From Candidatus Sericytochromatia bacterium (lineage in GTDB: Bacteria > Cyanobacteriota > Sericytochromatia > S15B-MN24 > UBA4093), in the NCBI GenBank assembly GCA_036676985.1, contig JAKFBU010000038.1:160001-224000 (forward strand): 64,000 nucleotides of DNA. The letters run 5' to 3'. Within the stretch, counting starts at the first letter, position 1; every line of letters begins with the position of its first letter. Made by a program: the position numbers and the translations under genes. Below the pieces are notes generated by a model that was not told the origin of the DNA, did no database searches, and worked only from the letters and a program-made list of their open reading frames with translations. Below are positions 1-9,331 of this stretch, piece by piece.

Positions 1-380
1 GTGAGCACCGCGCGAGCCTCGAACCACGAGTTGAGGCGCGACTCGGCCAGCTGGTTGTTCAGGGCGTTGATCTCGCGCTGTTTGGCGATCGCCTGGTCCT
101 TGTTCGCGTCGGCCTTCTTGATGAGCGTCGTCAGCTCCTTCTGCTTGGCGCGCAGGCTCTCGCGGACGGGCTTGGCGGCCTGCATGTTGCGCTCGCGAAT
201 GGCCTTGATCTGCTGCTTCTGGGCGTCCGTCAGGCTCAGCTGCTGGAAGAGGCGCTCGACCTGGGGGCCGGGGGCCTCCATGCGGTGGCCGCCATGGGCG
301 GGCTTGGCGTCCACCTGGGGAGCGACGGCGGCCAGGCCGAGGGTCATGGCACAGAGGGCGGGAATGAGCAGTTTGCGCAT
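1..380 (-). CDS. Spy/CpxP-family periplasmic chaperone (LTXXQ), 3' end runs off the window
   Basis: Not in the ORF track; hand translation gives MRKLLIPALCAMTLGLAAVAPQVDAKP...QQLSLTDAQKQQIKAIRE...ARAVL, with a signal peptide, an LTDAQ motif, an all-helical body and an AAGGAG RBS. Confidence 0.8.
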   Translation of the reverse strand, partial: MRKLLIPALCAMTLGLAAVAPQVDAKPAHGGHRMEAPGPQVERLFQQLSLTDAQKQQIKAIRERNMQAAKPVRESLRAKQKELTTLIKKADANKDQAIAKQREINALNNQLAESRLNSWFEARAVL

Positions 381-418
381 CGGTTCGATCTCCTTTGAAT
401 CAGGGGTCCTACCCTCTG

Positions 419-445
419 TACGGAGCAGTATCCCGAAAAGTTTCA
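419..445 (-). promoter_or_regulatory. ECF-sigma-type promoter for the Spy-like gene
   Basis: TGAAAC(TTTT)-N17-CGTA on the minus strand, close to the SigW-type consensus TGAAAC-N16-CGTA. Confidence 0.5.
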
Positions 446-525
446 ACTTGCGAAAGAGGGTCGTCTTCATTCGCTCGAACGCGTTAGGATGGAGGGGCTC
501 GCCGTCTTGTCACGAGGAGGCCCCC

Positions 526-867
526 GTGCCCCAGCCCAAGCCCGCCAACGACTTCTACCGGCGCGTCTACGACCTGGTGCGTCGGGTCCCCCCGGGCCGG
601 GTGGCGACCTACGGCCAGATCGCGGCGCTGCTCGGCTCGCCCATGGCCTCGCGGGCGGTGGGCTACGCGCTCTCGTACCTGCCGGAAGGGAGCGACGTGC
701 CCTGGCAGCGGGTCATCAACCGCGAAGGCCGGATCAGCCCGCGCGGCATCGGGGCGACCCCGGGCGATCGCCAGCGCGCCCTGCTCGAGGCGGAAGGCAT
801 CGCCTTCGATGCGGAGGGTCGGGTGGATCTGCGCCGCCTCCAGTGGGAAGGACCCCGCGAACCCTGA
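526..867 (+). CDS. Alkyltransferase-like (ATL/MGMT DNA-binding) protein
   Basis: VPPGRVATYGQIA and VPWQRVIN (W in place of the catalytic C of PCHRV); GTG start after GAGGAGG. The N-terminal part of track ORF 1..867 is a shadow. Confidence 0.85.
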   Translation: MPQPKPANDFYRRVYDLVRRVPPGRVATYGQIAALLGSPMASRAVGYALSYLPEGSDVPWQRVINREGRISPRGIGATPGDRQRALLEAEGIAFDAEGRVDLRRLQWEGPREP

Positions 868-954
868 GGGCGCAAGGCTCACTCGCTGATTGACACACGC
901 GGCGGACACGCGGCTAACATTAAGACTTGTTACGGGTACCCAAGGAGGTCTGAG

Positions 955-1404
955 ATGAAAGTCCGCGACGTGATGACCGACAGGGAGAAGCTGGCCTGCG
1001 TGACGACGGTGAGCTTCTTGCGGGATGCGGCCCGCCTCATGAAGGAAGCCGACACGGGGATCATCCCGGTAGTCGACGATCAGAACAAGGACAAGATCCT
1101 CGGCCTGATCACCGACCGCGACATCGCCATCCGGGCGGTCGCCGCCGACGTGGATCTCAAGAACGCCAAGGTTCAGGACTACATGAGCAAGGACCTGGAC
1201 TGCGTATCTCCCGATCTCGACACCAACCAGGCGGCCAAGGAGATGGCCAACCGCCAGATCAAGCGCCTGTGCGTGGTCGACAACGGCAAGCTCGTCGGCA
1301 TGCTCGCGCTCGGAGACCTGGCCGAGATCGCCCCGGACCAGGGTGAGAAGGCCCTGGAGGGCATCTCGAAGGGCGCCAAGGCCGAGCACAAGGGCAACCA
1401 GTAA
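955..1404 (+). CDS. CBS-domain pair protein
   Basis: MKVRDVMT...GIIPVVD...GLITDRDI...VQDYMS...LVGMLALGDL; AAGGAGG RBS. Confidence 0.9.
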   Translation: MKVRDVMTDREKLACVTTVSFLRDAARLMKEADTGIIPVVDDQNKDKILGLITDRDIAIRAVAADVDLKNAKVQDYMSKDLDCVSPDLDTNQAAKEMANRQIKRLCVVDNGKLVGMLALGDLAEIAPDQGEKALEGISKGAKAEHKGNQ

Positions 1405-1413
1405 GAACGCCAA

Positions 1414-1438
1414 CGGGGGGGCTCGACGAGCCCCCCCG
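1414..1438. terminator. Hairpin between convergent genes
   Basis: CGGGGGGGCTC-GAC-GAGCCCCCCCG inverted repeat. Confidence 0.65.
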
Positions 1439-1452
1439 CTACCTTGGTCGCC

Positions 1453-2163
1453 CTACTTGGCGACGGCTTCCTTGGCCTTGACGCAGCGGTAGCCGACGCC
1501 CCGCACGGTCTTGATCTGGACCGGGCAGTTGTCGAAGCGCTCCAGCTTCTCGCGCAGGCGGCAGATGTGCACGTCCACCACGCGGTCGTCGCCGAAGAAG
1601 TCGTCTCCCCAGACGCGGTAGAGAATGGAGTCGCGGCTGATCGCCTTGCCGAGGTTGCTCATCAGGAGGTGCAGGAGCGAGTACTCCTTGAAGGGCAGCT
1701 CGATGGGCTCGTCGTGGATCGTGACCGTGTGCTGATCGGTGTCGATCACCAGGCCGTCCACGTGCAGGCGGTTCGGACTCTCGACCATGCTCTTCTTGAG
1801 GCGCTCGACGCGGCGCAGGTTGGCCTTGACGCGCGCCGTGAGCTCGATCAGGCTGAAGGGCTTGGTCATGTACTCGTCGGCGCCGACGGCGAGGCCGACC
1901 ACCTTGTCGGTGTCGGTGCCCTTGGCCGTGAGCATGATGATGGGGGTGACCATCTCGGGACGGATGGTGCGGCACACCTCGAGGCCGTCCACGTCCGGCA
2001 TCATGAGGTCGAGGATCATCAGATCCGGCATCTCGCGCCGCGCGGTGTCGATGGCGGCCTTGCCGCTGCCCACGGTCAGCACGCTGTAGCCTTCGTATTC
2101 GAGCTGCTTCTGAAGGAGCAGTCGGATGTTGGGATCGTCGTCCGCAACCAGGATCTTAGCCAT
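1453..2163 (-). CDS. OmpR/PhoB-family response regulator
   Basis: KILVADDD, DLMMP, MLTAK, YMTKPF receiver motifs plus winged helix VVDVHICRLREK...TVRGVGY. Confidence 0.93.
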   Translation of the reverse strand: MAKILVADDDPNIRLLLQKQLEYEGYSVLTVGSGKAAIDTARREMPDLMILDLMMPDVDGLEVCRTIRPEMVTPIIMLTAKGTDTDKVVGLAVGADEYMTKPFSLIELTARVKANLRRVERLKKSMVESPNRLHVDGLVIDTDQHTVTIHDEPIELPFKEYSLLHLLMSNLGKAISRDSILYRVWGDDFFGDDRVVDVHICRLREKLERFDNCPVQIKTVRGVGYRCVKAKEAVAK

Positions 2164-2329
2164 GATAGGGTCCTCCATAGGGCAGGCACGAGTGCGTTAC
2201 CGGATCTATACCCTGAGCGGGCGGGTCGAAAAGGAATGCCTGTCCCGTATCGGCTTCATACCCGCATGGGCACTGCCGGAGGTTGCACCAAAATTACGGG
2301 AATGTGAACCTCGCGCCTGCGGCTTGTCG

Positions 2330-2704
2330 CTAGAATTGACGCTCGATCGCCGTCAACAGCTCCCGGTGGGAGTAGGGCTTGCGCAGGAAGTCGTCGGCCT
2401 GGGCCGCGCGGGCGTCCTCTTCGACCTCGTGGCTGACGCTCGCGGTCTGGACGATGACCTTGATGTCCCGGGTCTGGGGCATGCTCTTGAGGCGGGCGAT
2501 CGCCTCCTGGCCGCAGAACGGCCCCGGCATCTTGATGTCGAGCAGGATCAGGTCCGGGCTCTCGCGGGTGGCGATCTCGAGGCCTTCCGGGGCGGAGCTC
2601 GCCCCTATGAAGACGTGGCCCGCCCGTTCGAGCATGAGCTGCAACAAGTGGAGGTTGTCCCGATCGTCCTCGATGGCGAGGACCCTGAGTGAACGCTCCG
2701 GCAT
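2330..2704 (-). CDS. Single-domain response regulator (CheY/DivK-like)
   Basis: VLAIEDD, DLILLDIKMP, VQTA, FLRKP. Confidence 0.88.
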   Translation of the reverse strand: MPERSLRVLAIEDDRDNLHLLQLMLERAGHVFIGASSAPEGLEIATRESPDLILLDIKMPGPFCGQEAIARLKSMPQTRDIKVIVQTASVSHEVEEDARAAQADDFLRKPYSHRELLTAIERQF

Positions 2705-2837
2705 CCGGCCTCCCTCCTCGCGACGACGCGTGCTCGTATGCTCACCATACCCGGTTCGAGTATGGTCCCTAACGTAATCCTACCCGTCGTTGCGGGCTCG
2801 GACGTTGTGACGTTCTGTCGTTCGGATGACGTCCGTG

Positions 2838-3629
2838 TTACGCCTCGGGCAGGGGCCACATGTCGCCCCAGAGGCGAGCGCCGCCGTCCACGCACAGGGT
2901 CTCGCCCGTGATCCAGTCGCCGGCGGGCGAGAGCAGGTAGGTCACGGCGTGGCTCACGTCCTCCACCGTGCCCATGCGGCCGAGCGGGGTGGCCCGGACG
3001 GCCTGGTCCATCAGGGCGGGCGGGTAGCGTTCCGTGCCGGAGCTCCGGACCACGCCCGGGGCCACCGCGTTGACGAGCACCCCGCGCGTGGCCCACTCGA
3101 CGGCGAGCGACTGCGTGAGGTTGACGACGCCGGCCCGCGCCGCGCCCGTGTGGGCCATGCCCGGAAAGCCCCGCCACATGTTGGCCACGATGGAGACGAT
3201 CTTGCCGCGCCCCTGGGGCAGCATGGCCTGCTCAGCCACCGTCTTGGTGACGAGGAACGTCCCGTTGAGGTTGTTCTCGATGACCGACTTCCAGCCGTTG
3301 TAGCTCATCCGCTCGACGGGCGCCGGAAACTGCCCGCCCGCGTTGTTGACGAGGTAATCGAGGCCGCCGCAGGCCGCGAGCACGGCCCCCACCATGCCCT
3401 CGACCGCGGCGGGATCCCGGATGTCGCAGGGCAGCGCCAGGCAGTCGACGCCGTCCGCCGCGAGGGTCGCGCTGGCCCGGGCGAGCCGGTCCGGGTCGCG
3501 CCCGCAGATGGCCACCCGGGCGCCGAGGACGCCCAGGTCCCGGGCGATGGCGAGCCCGATGCCCGAGCCCCCTCCGGTCACGAGCGCGGTGCGGCCGGCG
3601 AACAGGCCGGGGGCGAAGATGGCGGCCAT
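2838..3629 (-). CDS. Short-chain dehydrogenase/reductase (2,4-dienoyl-CoA reductase/AtuB-like)
   Basis: TGGGSGIG, LVNNAGGQF, HTGAARAGV, VNAVAPG, VDGG. Confidence 0.85.
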   Translation of the reverse strand: MAAIFAPGLFAGRTALVTGGGSGIGLAIARDLGVLGARVAICGRDPDRLARASATLAADGVDCLALPCDIRDPAAVEGMVGAVLAACGGLDYLVNNAGGQFPAPVERMSYNGWKSVIENNLNGTFLVTKTVAEQAMLPQGRGKIVSIVANMWRGFPGMAHTGAARAGVVNLTQSLAVEWATRGVLVNAVAPGVVRSSGTERYPPALMDQAVRATPLGRMGTVEDVSHAVTYLLSPAGDWITGETLCVDGGARLWGDMWPLPEA

Positions 3630-3742
3630 GGTGATCCTCCCGTCGGTGCTCCAACCCATTCTAGCGGATCGAGGGTTTGTAACGGGGACCCCGGGTGGCT
3701 AAGATGGGGATCTCTCCCCCGCATGTCAGTCAGGAGGTGTCC

Positions 3743-4918
3743 ATGGCCATGGTGTCTGCCTCGCTGCCCCAAACCGGCCTGTGCTTTGCGTATACGCCCG
3801 AACAGGAGGCGCTGCGCCAGTCCGTGCGGGAGTTCGCCGCCCGCGAGATCGCCCCGGTCGCCGACCATGCCGACGAGCACGACGCCTTTCCCATGGACGT
3901 GTTCCGGCGCATGGGGGAAATGGGCTACCTGGGCCTCATGTTCCCCGAGGAGGTCGGCGGCGCGGGGGGCGGCTACATCGAGGGCCAGATCATGCTCGAG
4001 GAGATGGCCTACGCCTCGGCGGGCATCGCCCTCGGCGTCTTCGCGCACATGCTCCTCGCCTGCAAGCCGCTGCTCCTCTTGGGCGACGAGGATCAGCGCC
4101 GGCGCTACCTCTTGCCGAGCCTGCGCGGACAGCGGATCGGGGCCTGGGGCCTCACGGAGCCGGACGTGGGCTCGGACGTCGCCTCTTTGCGCACCCGGGC
4201 GGTCCGCGAGGGCAACGAGTGGGTGCTCACGGGCTCCAAGATGTTCATCACCAACGGCCCGATCGCGGACTTCGTGGTGGTCGCCGCGCGCACGGACCAG
4301 TCTGCCGGCATGCGGGGCATCAGCCTGTTCGTGGTCGAGCAGGGGACGCCCGGCTTCACGGTCGGAAAGAAGCTCAAGAAGATCGCGGTCCGGGGCTCGG
4401 AGACCGCGGAGCTCGTCTTCGACCAGGTTCGGCTGCCCCCGTCGGCCCTGCTCGGGCCCGAGGGCGAGGGCTTCTACGAGGCCATGAAGACCTTGCAGGG
4501 CGGCCGGGTGACGGGGGTGGGCTACGGGCTCGGCATCGCCCGGGCGGCCTTCGACGCCGCCCTGCGCTACGCCAAGGAGCGCATCCAGTTCGGCAAGCCC
4601 ATCGCCGACTTCCAGGTCATCCAGCACAAGCTCGCCGACATGGCGACCCAGATCGAGGCGGCGCGCAGCCTGGGCCAGAAGGCGGCGTGGCTCGCCGACA
4701 ATGGCCAGCCCTGCATCCGCGAGGCCTCCATGGCCAAGCTGTTTGCCTCCGAGATGTGCACCCAGGTCTGCAACATGGCCGTGCAGATCCATGGGGGCTA
4801 CGGCTTGATGATGGAGTATCCGGTCCAGCGCTTCTGGCGCGACGCCAAGCTCCTCGAGATCGGCGAGGGCACCAGCGAGATCCAGCGCGGCATCATCGCC
4901 AAGCAGTTGGGGCTCTAA
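3743..4918 (+). CDS. Acyl-CoA dehydrogenase
   Basis: LTEPDVGSD, GSKMFITNG, ERIQFGKPI, QIHGGYG, EIGEGTSEIQR. Confidence 0.93.
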   Translation: MAMVSASLPQTGLCFAYTPEQEALRQSVREFAAREIAPVADHADEHDAFPMDVFRRMGEMGYLGLMFPEEVGGAGGGYIEGQIMLEEMAYASAGIALGVFAHMLLACKPLLLLGDEDQRRRYLLPSLRGQRIGAWGLTEPDVGSDVASLRTRAVREGNEWVLTGSKMFITNGPIADFVVVAARTDQSAGMRGISLFVVEQGTPGFTVGKKLKKIAVRGSETAELVFDQVRLPPSALLGPEGEGFYEAMKTLQGGRVTGVGYGLGIARAAFDAALRYAKERIQFGKPIADFQVIQHKLADMATQIEAARSLGQKAAWLADNGQPCIREASMAKLFASEMCTQVCNMAVQIHGGYGLMMEYPVQRFWRDAKLLEIGEGTSEIQRGIIAKQLGL

Positions 4919-5766
4919 CGGCCAAGCCCCAGCATGACTCGGGCCTCGTCCACGCTCGCGACCGTTCGGCCCACATCCTCGGCCATGCGCACGGCTTTCT
5001 CGACGAGCTCGGCGTTGCTCCTGGCCATGACCCCCTCGCGGACGTAGAAGTTGTCCTCCAGGCCGACCCGGATGTTGCCGCCCATGCTGAGGGCGGCGGC
5101 CAACAGGCGCCACTGGTGGTGACTGATGCCGATGACCTCCCAGGTCGAGTCGGGCGGCAGCAGCGAGGCCATGTGCACCAGGCTCCGGGTGGTCGGGGCG
5201 ATGCCACCCAGCACCCCCAAGATGAGGGAGAATTGCAGGGGCGGCCGCAAGAGGCCCATGTCCACGAGGGGCTCGGCGTTGTGGACGTGCCCCGCATCGA
5301 AGCACTCCAGCTCGGGCTTCACGCCGGCCTCGTTCATGGCCCCCACGAACATGGCGATGTCGGCGAAGGGGTTGGCGAAGACGTGGTCGAAGTGGAAGGC
5401 CTTCTTCTCGGGGCTGTACTTCGCGTAGTTCATGGAGCCCATGTTGAGGGCCCCGATCTCGGGCCTGAGCTCCGCGATGTGGGCCACCCGCTCCGTGGCC
5501 GGGATGCCGACGGCCCCGGTGCTGAAGTTGAGGATCACCGGGCAGCGCCGCCGGGTCTCCTCCATGATGGCGCGGTAGACCTCGACCCGGTGGCTCGGCG
5601 ATCCGTCGTCCTCCCGGGCGTGGATGTGGACGACCGCCGCCCCGGCCTCGTAGGCCCGGCGGGCCTCCTCGGCGATCTCGACGGGGGTGTAGGGGATGGC
5701 GGGACACTGCTTGCGGTTGGCGGCGACCCCGGTCAGGGCCGCCGTGAGGATCACCCGGTCGCGCAT
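4915..5766 (-). CDS. Beta-keto acid cleavage enzyme (BKACE/Kce, DUF849)
   Basis: ILTAALTG, PYTPVEIA, VHIHAR, PELECFD, RVGLEDN. Confidence 0.9.
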   Translation of the reverse strand: MRDRVILTAALTGVAANRKQCPAIPYTPVEIAEEARRAYEAGAAVVHIHAREDDGSPSHRVEVYRAIMEETRRRCPVILNFSTGAVGIPATERVAHIAELRPEIGALNMGSMNYAKYSPEKKAFHFDHVFANPFADIAMFVGAMNEAGVKPELECFDAGHVHNAEPLVDMGLLRPPLQFSLILGVLGGIAPTTRSLVHMASLLPPDSTWEVIGISHHQWRLLAAALSMGGNIRVGLEDNFYVREGVMARSNAELVEKAVRMAEDVGRTVASVDEARVMLGLGR

Positions 5767-5776
5767 GGCCCCCCTC

Positions 5777-8700
5777 CTATCGAACGGTCGCGTTGTCCTC
5801 CAAAGAGGCGATCTCGAGCCGGGCTCCGAGCCGCCGGAAGATCTCGAGGGCCTCCGCGCGCCGCGCCTGGGCGGCCTCGGTCGCGCCGAGCGCGAGCTGG
5901 ATCTTGGCCTCGAGGGCGTAGGCGCGGCCCACGTCGATGGGAGCGCCCTCGCTGCCGAGGGCGGCGATCGCCTCCTGCACCGCCTGGGCGGCCGCCGCGA
6001 GGTCCCCCTGGGCCTCCTTGACCGTGGCGTCCGCGTAGAGCACGAGGCCCACCTGGCCGTGGCTGTTGTTGTCGTGGGCCTGCTTGAGTCCCTTTTCGAT
6101 GGCGGCCCGCGCCGCGTCCCACTGCTCGAGGCGGCGCTGGGCGCGGGCGAGGGCCGCGAAGGCCTCGGGCAGCACCTCGACGGCGTTGATGCCTTCGAGC
6201 GTGGCGATGCCCTGGTGGAGCGAGTCCACGGCCTCGGCAGGACGGTTGTCCGCCACCAGCACCATTCCGAGCCCCGTAGCGGCGATGCCCTGGCCCAGGG
6301 AGTCGTTGATCTCGGAGCTGAGATCCAGCGCCCGCCGGTGGAAGCGCTCGGCCTCCTCGAGCTCGCCCTGGTTGCGCAACAGGTCGCCCAGGTTGTTCTG
6401 TTGGATGATCTGGCGGCTCACGTCGCCGATGCGCTCGTAGACCTTGAGGCTCCGGACGTAGTGGTCCGCGGCCTTGGCCCATTCGCCGACTTCCAGGTAG
6501 AGGGCGCCCAGGTTGTTGAGGGTGCTTGCCACCCCGAAGACGTCCTGGATTCCTTCCCGCAGCTCGAGCGCCCGGCTGTGGTAGGACTCGGCCTCCTGCT
6601 GATTGTTCTGTCGGTAGTAGACGATGCCCAGGATGCTGTAGGCCATCGCCACTTCCTTGGCGGCGTCCGGGACGCCCTCGAGGGTCTCCAGCGTGCTCTG
6701 GCAGAGCGCTACGACCTCCGAGTACTGTCCCTGCCTGAAGAGGCTCAGGCCCTTGTCCAGGAGGATGCGCGCCGAGACCAGCGCGTTATCCTTGCCGGCG
6801 AGCAGCCGGAGGCCCTCGTCGTAGCGGTCCATGGCCTCGCCGAACTGGCCTTGCAGGTTGAAGATGCCGCCCAGGCGCCGGAGCGTCTCGGCCCGATCGG
6901 CAGGCTCCGACTGGAGGGAGAGGGCCTCCTGCAGGTGCTCTAGGGCCGTGGCGTACTGGCCCGTGGTGGCCAGGAGGTCGGACAGGGCGAGCAGGATCTC
7001 GTCGCGTCGCGGCTTGGGCGGCAGATCGCTGCTCTTGCGGACCAAGGAGAGGCACTCGGTGAAGCAGTTGAGGGCTTCCTGGTTGGAGAAGTTGCGATGC
7101 GCCGTCTGGCCCGACAGGAAGAGGTAGTAGATGGCCTTGGGCGTCAGCTCGCCCAGCAGGTAGTGACGGGCCAGGACCTGCGGCATCTCGTCGGCGCGAT
7201 CGCCCAGGTTGCGCTCGAGCGTCTCGCCCACCTTGCGATGCAGGTCGCGGCGCGTGGCGAGCAGGAGCGAGTTGTAGACCACCTCGTGGATGAGCGCCTG
7301 GTGGAACTGCCACTCGCCGTTGGAGCGGCGCAGCACGAACTCGGCCTTGGCGAGCTCCTCGAGGGTGGGGTCCACGTCGGACTGGCCGCCCACCGTGGCG
7401 ACCACGTTGGGCTGGAACGAGCGCCCGACCACCGACGCGAGCTGCAGGAGGCTCCTGAGATCCGGCGCCAGGCGATCGATGCGGGCGAGGATGACGCCGT
7501 TGATGGTGGAGGGCAGGCTGGAGCCTGCCGCGCCCTTGCTCCGCCAGCCGTGCTCGGGATCCGGTTCGAGCGCGCCCGCGTCGATCAAGGAGCGCACGAG
7601 CTCGCGCAGGAAGAGCGGGTTGCCCTCGCCGCGGGCGAGCACCTGCGCGGCGACCTGCCGCAAGCCCTCGTCCCAGCGGGTGTGGTCCGGATCCAGCTCG
7701 AGCATCGACGCGAGCAGCTCCCAGCTCTCGGACTCGTGGAGGGCGCGCAGCACCAGGCTCTGCGTGTCCAGGTGGGTCTTCCAGCGGCCGATGGGACTGC
7801 CGTCCACCGGTCGGGCCTGGCAGAGCACCATGATCCGGGCGCTCTGGTGCTCACGGGTAGCCAGGGCGTCGAACAGGGTCTGGAGCCACTCGATGGAGGC
7901 CTCGTCCGCCCAGTGCAGGTCCTCGAAGTTCAAGAGGAGGGGCCGGTTCTTGGCGCTCGACAACAGCACGGTGTTGAACGCCCGGAAGGCCATGATTCGC
8001 CGTTGTTGCGGACTGAGCTGCGCGAGCTCCGGCGAGTGGGTCTCGAGACCCAGGAGGTCCGCGATGGCGACCACCACCCGGTCGTACTCGTCCGCATGAA
8101 TGCCCGGCATGCCGACCACGCGCGCCTGGATGCCCGCGACGATGGCCTCGGGGACCGTCTGGCCCTTGATGCCGAGCCAGCGGCGGATGAAGTCGCGCAT
8201 GAGGGCGTAGGCCGTGCCCTGCTCGTAGGAGATGGCGCGCACGCGCTGGGCGTCCACCGACAGGGCCGGGTCCAGGCTCGCGACGAGCGCGCTCGAGAGC
8301 TGCGACTTGCCGACGCCCGCCTCGCCGATGAGGTAGACGAGCTGCGGCACGCCGTCGATGGCCCGCTGCAGGCTGGCCTGAAGCTTGGCGAGCTCGGCCG
8401 TGCGGCCGATCATGCGCTGGTCGGCCTTCTGGGGAGCGTCCGCCTTGAGGCCCGCCACCTCGTAAACCGGGATGGGCTCTGCCTTGCCCTTGACCTGGAT
8501 GGGAGCAAGCTCCGCGTACTCGATGACATGGGAGGTGTGGCGGTAGGTCTCCTGGGTGACGAGGACCTTGCCGGGCTGGGCGGCGGCCTCCATGCGCTGG
8601 GCGAGGTTTACCGTGTCGCCCATGACCGTGTAGTCGCGCTTCTGGGCGCCGCCCACCGCGCCCGCCACCACCAGGCCCGTGTGGATGCCGATGCGGACCT

Positions 8701-9262
8701 TGAGGGCGATGCCCGTGCGGGCCTCCAGGTTGTGGGCGAAGAGGGCGGCCACCTGCTGCATCTCGAAGGCCGCGCGCACGGCGCGCTCGGGGTCGTCCTC
8801 GTGGGCGATGGGCGCGCCGAAGAGGGCCATGATGGCGTCGCCGATGTACTTGTCGACCACCCCGCCGTAGCGGTAGATGGGCTCGGAGAGGACCTCGAAG
8901 AATTGGTTGACGATCTCGGTGACCTCTTGGGGGTCCAGCTTCTCGCTCATGGACGTGAAGCCCGAGACGTCGGTGAAGAGGACCGTGACCACCCGGCGAT
9001 CGCCCGCGGCGTCCTTGGTCTCGGCGGCGGCGGGCGCCGACGTCGCCTTCTGGGCCGTGCCGCACTGCGCGCAGAAGCGGGCACTGGGACTAAGCGGCGA
9101 CTGGCAGTGGTGGCACGACGGGTGCTGGCGAACGCCGCACATGCAGCAGTAGTTCGCTTCGCGGGGCAGTTCCTGTTGGCAGGCGTGGCAGTTCAAGCGA
9201 GCCTCATCGCGGGCGCCCGGTGCGATGCGGCAGTCGAAGCCGTCGCTCGGCGCTCGTATCAC
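5777..9262 (-). CDS. Double zinc-ribbon + class III adenylate cyclase + STAND/AAA ATPase + TPR protein (start may be TTG at 9196)
   Basis: Four CxxC pairs; VLFTDVSGFT, DKYIGDAIMALFG, DYTVMGDTVNLAQR; Walker A GEAGVGKS, Walker B FEDLHWAD; GEGNPLFL; C-terminal TPRs (NNLGALY, NNLGDL). Confidence 0.9.
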   Translation of the reverse strand: MIRAPSDGFDCRIAPGARDEARLNCHACQQELPREANYCCMCGVRQHPSCHHCQSPLSPSARFCAQCGTAQKATSAPAAAETKDAAGDRRVVTVLFTDVSGFTSMSEKLDPQEVTEIVNQFFEVLSEPIYRYGGVVDKYIGDAIMALFGAPIAHEDDPERAVRAAFEMQQVAALFAHNLEARTGIALKVRIGIHTGLVVAGAVGGAQKRDYTVMGDTVNLAQRMEAAAQPGKVLVTQETYRHTSHVIEYAELAPIQVKGKAEPIPVYEVAGLKADAPQKADQRMIGRTAELAKLQASLQRAIDGVPQLVYLIGEAGVGKSQLSSALVASLDPALSVDAQRVRAISYEQGTAYALMRDFIRRWLGIKGQTVPEAIVAGIQARVVGMPGIHADEYDRVVVAIADLLGLETHSPELAQLSPQQRRIMAFRAFNTVLLSSAKNRPLLLNFEDLHWADEASIEWLQTLFDALATREHQSARIMVLCQARPVDGSPIGRWKTHLDTQSLVLRALHESESWELLASMLELDPDHTRWDEGLRQVAAQVLARGEGNPLFLRELVRSLIDAGALEPDPEHGWRSKGAAGSSLPSTINGVILARIDRLAPDLRSLLQLASVVGRSFQPNVVATVGGQSDVDPTLEELAKAEFVLRRSNGEWQFHQALIHEVVYNSLLLATRRDLHRKVGETLERNLGDRADEMPQVLARHYLLGELTPKAIYYLFLSGQTAHRNFSNQEALNCFTECLSLVRKSSDLPPKPRRDEILLALSDLLATTGQYATALEHLQEALSLQSEPADRAETLRRLGGIFNLQGQFGEAMDRYDEGLRLLAGKDNALVSARILLDKGLSLFRQGQYSEVVALCQSTLETLEGVPDAAKEVAMAYSILGIVYYRQNNQQEAESYHSRALELREGIQDVFGVASTLNNLGALYLEVGEWAKAADHYVRSLKVYERIGDVSRQIIQQNNLGDLLRNQGELEEAERFHRRALDLSSEINDSLGQGIAATGLGMVLVADNRPAEAVDSLHQGIATLEGINAVEVLPEAFAALARAQRRLEQWDAARAAIEKGLKQAHDNNSHGQVGLVLYADATVKEAQGDLAAAAQAVQEAIAALGSEGAPIDVGRAYALEAKIQLALGATEAAQARRAEALEIFRRLGARLEIASLEDNATVR

Positions 9263-9331
9263 CTAGAAGGGGGACCGGCCGTCTTGAGTATAACGCGCAA
9301 TCGTCCCATCGACTAGGTTGACGGCGGGGCG

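Noticed and set aside
1-525. N-terminal 175 aa of track ORF 1..867
   Set aside because: Antisense to the Spy-like gene; the ATL gene has its own RBS and GTG start at 526.
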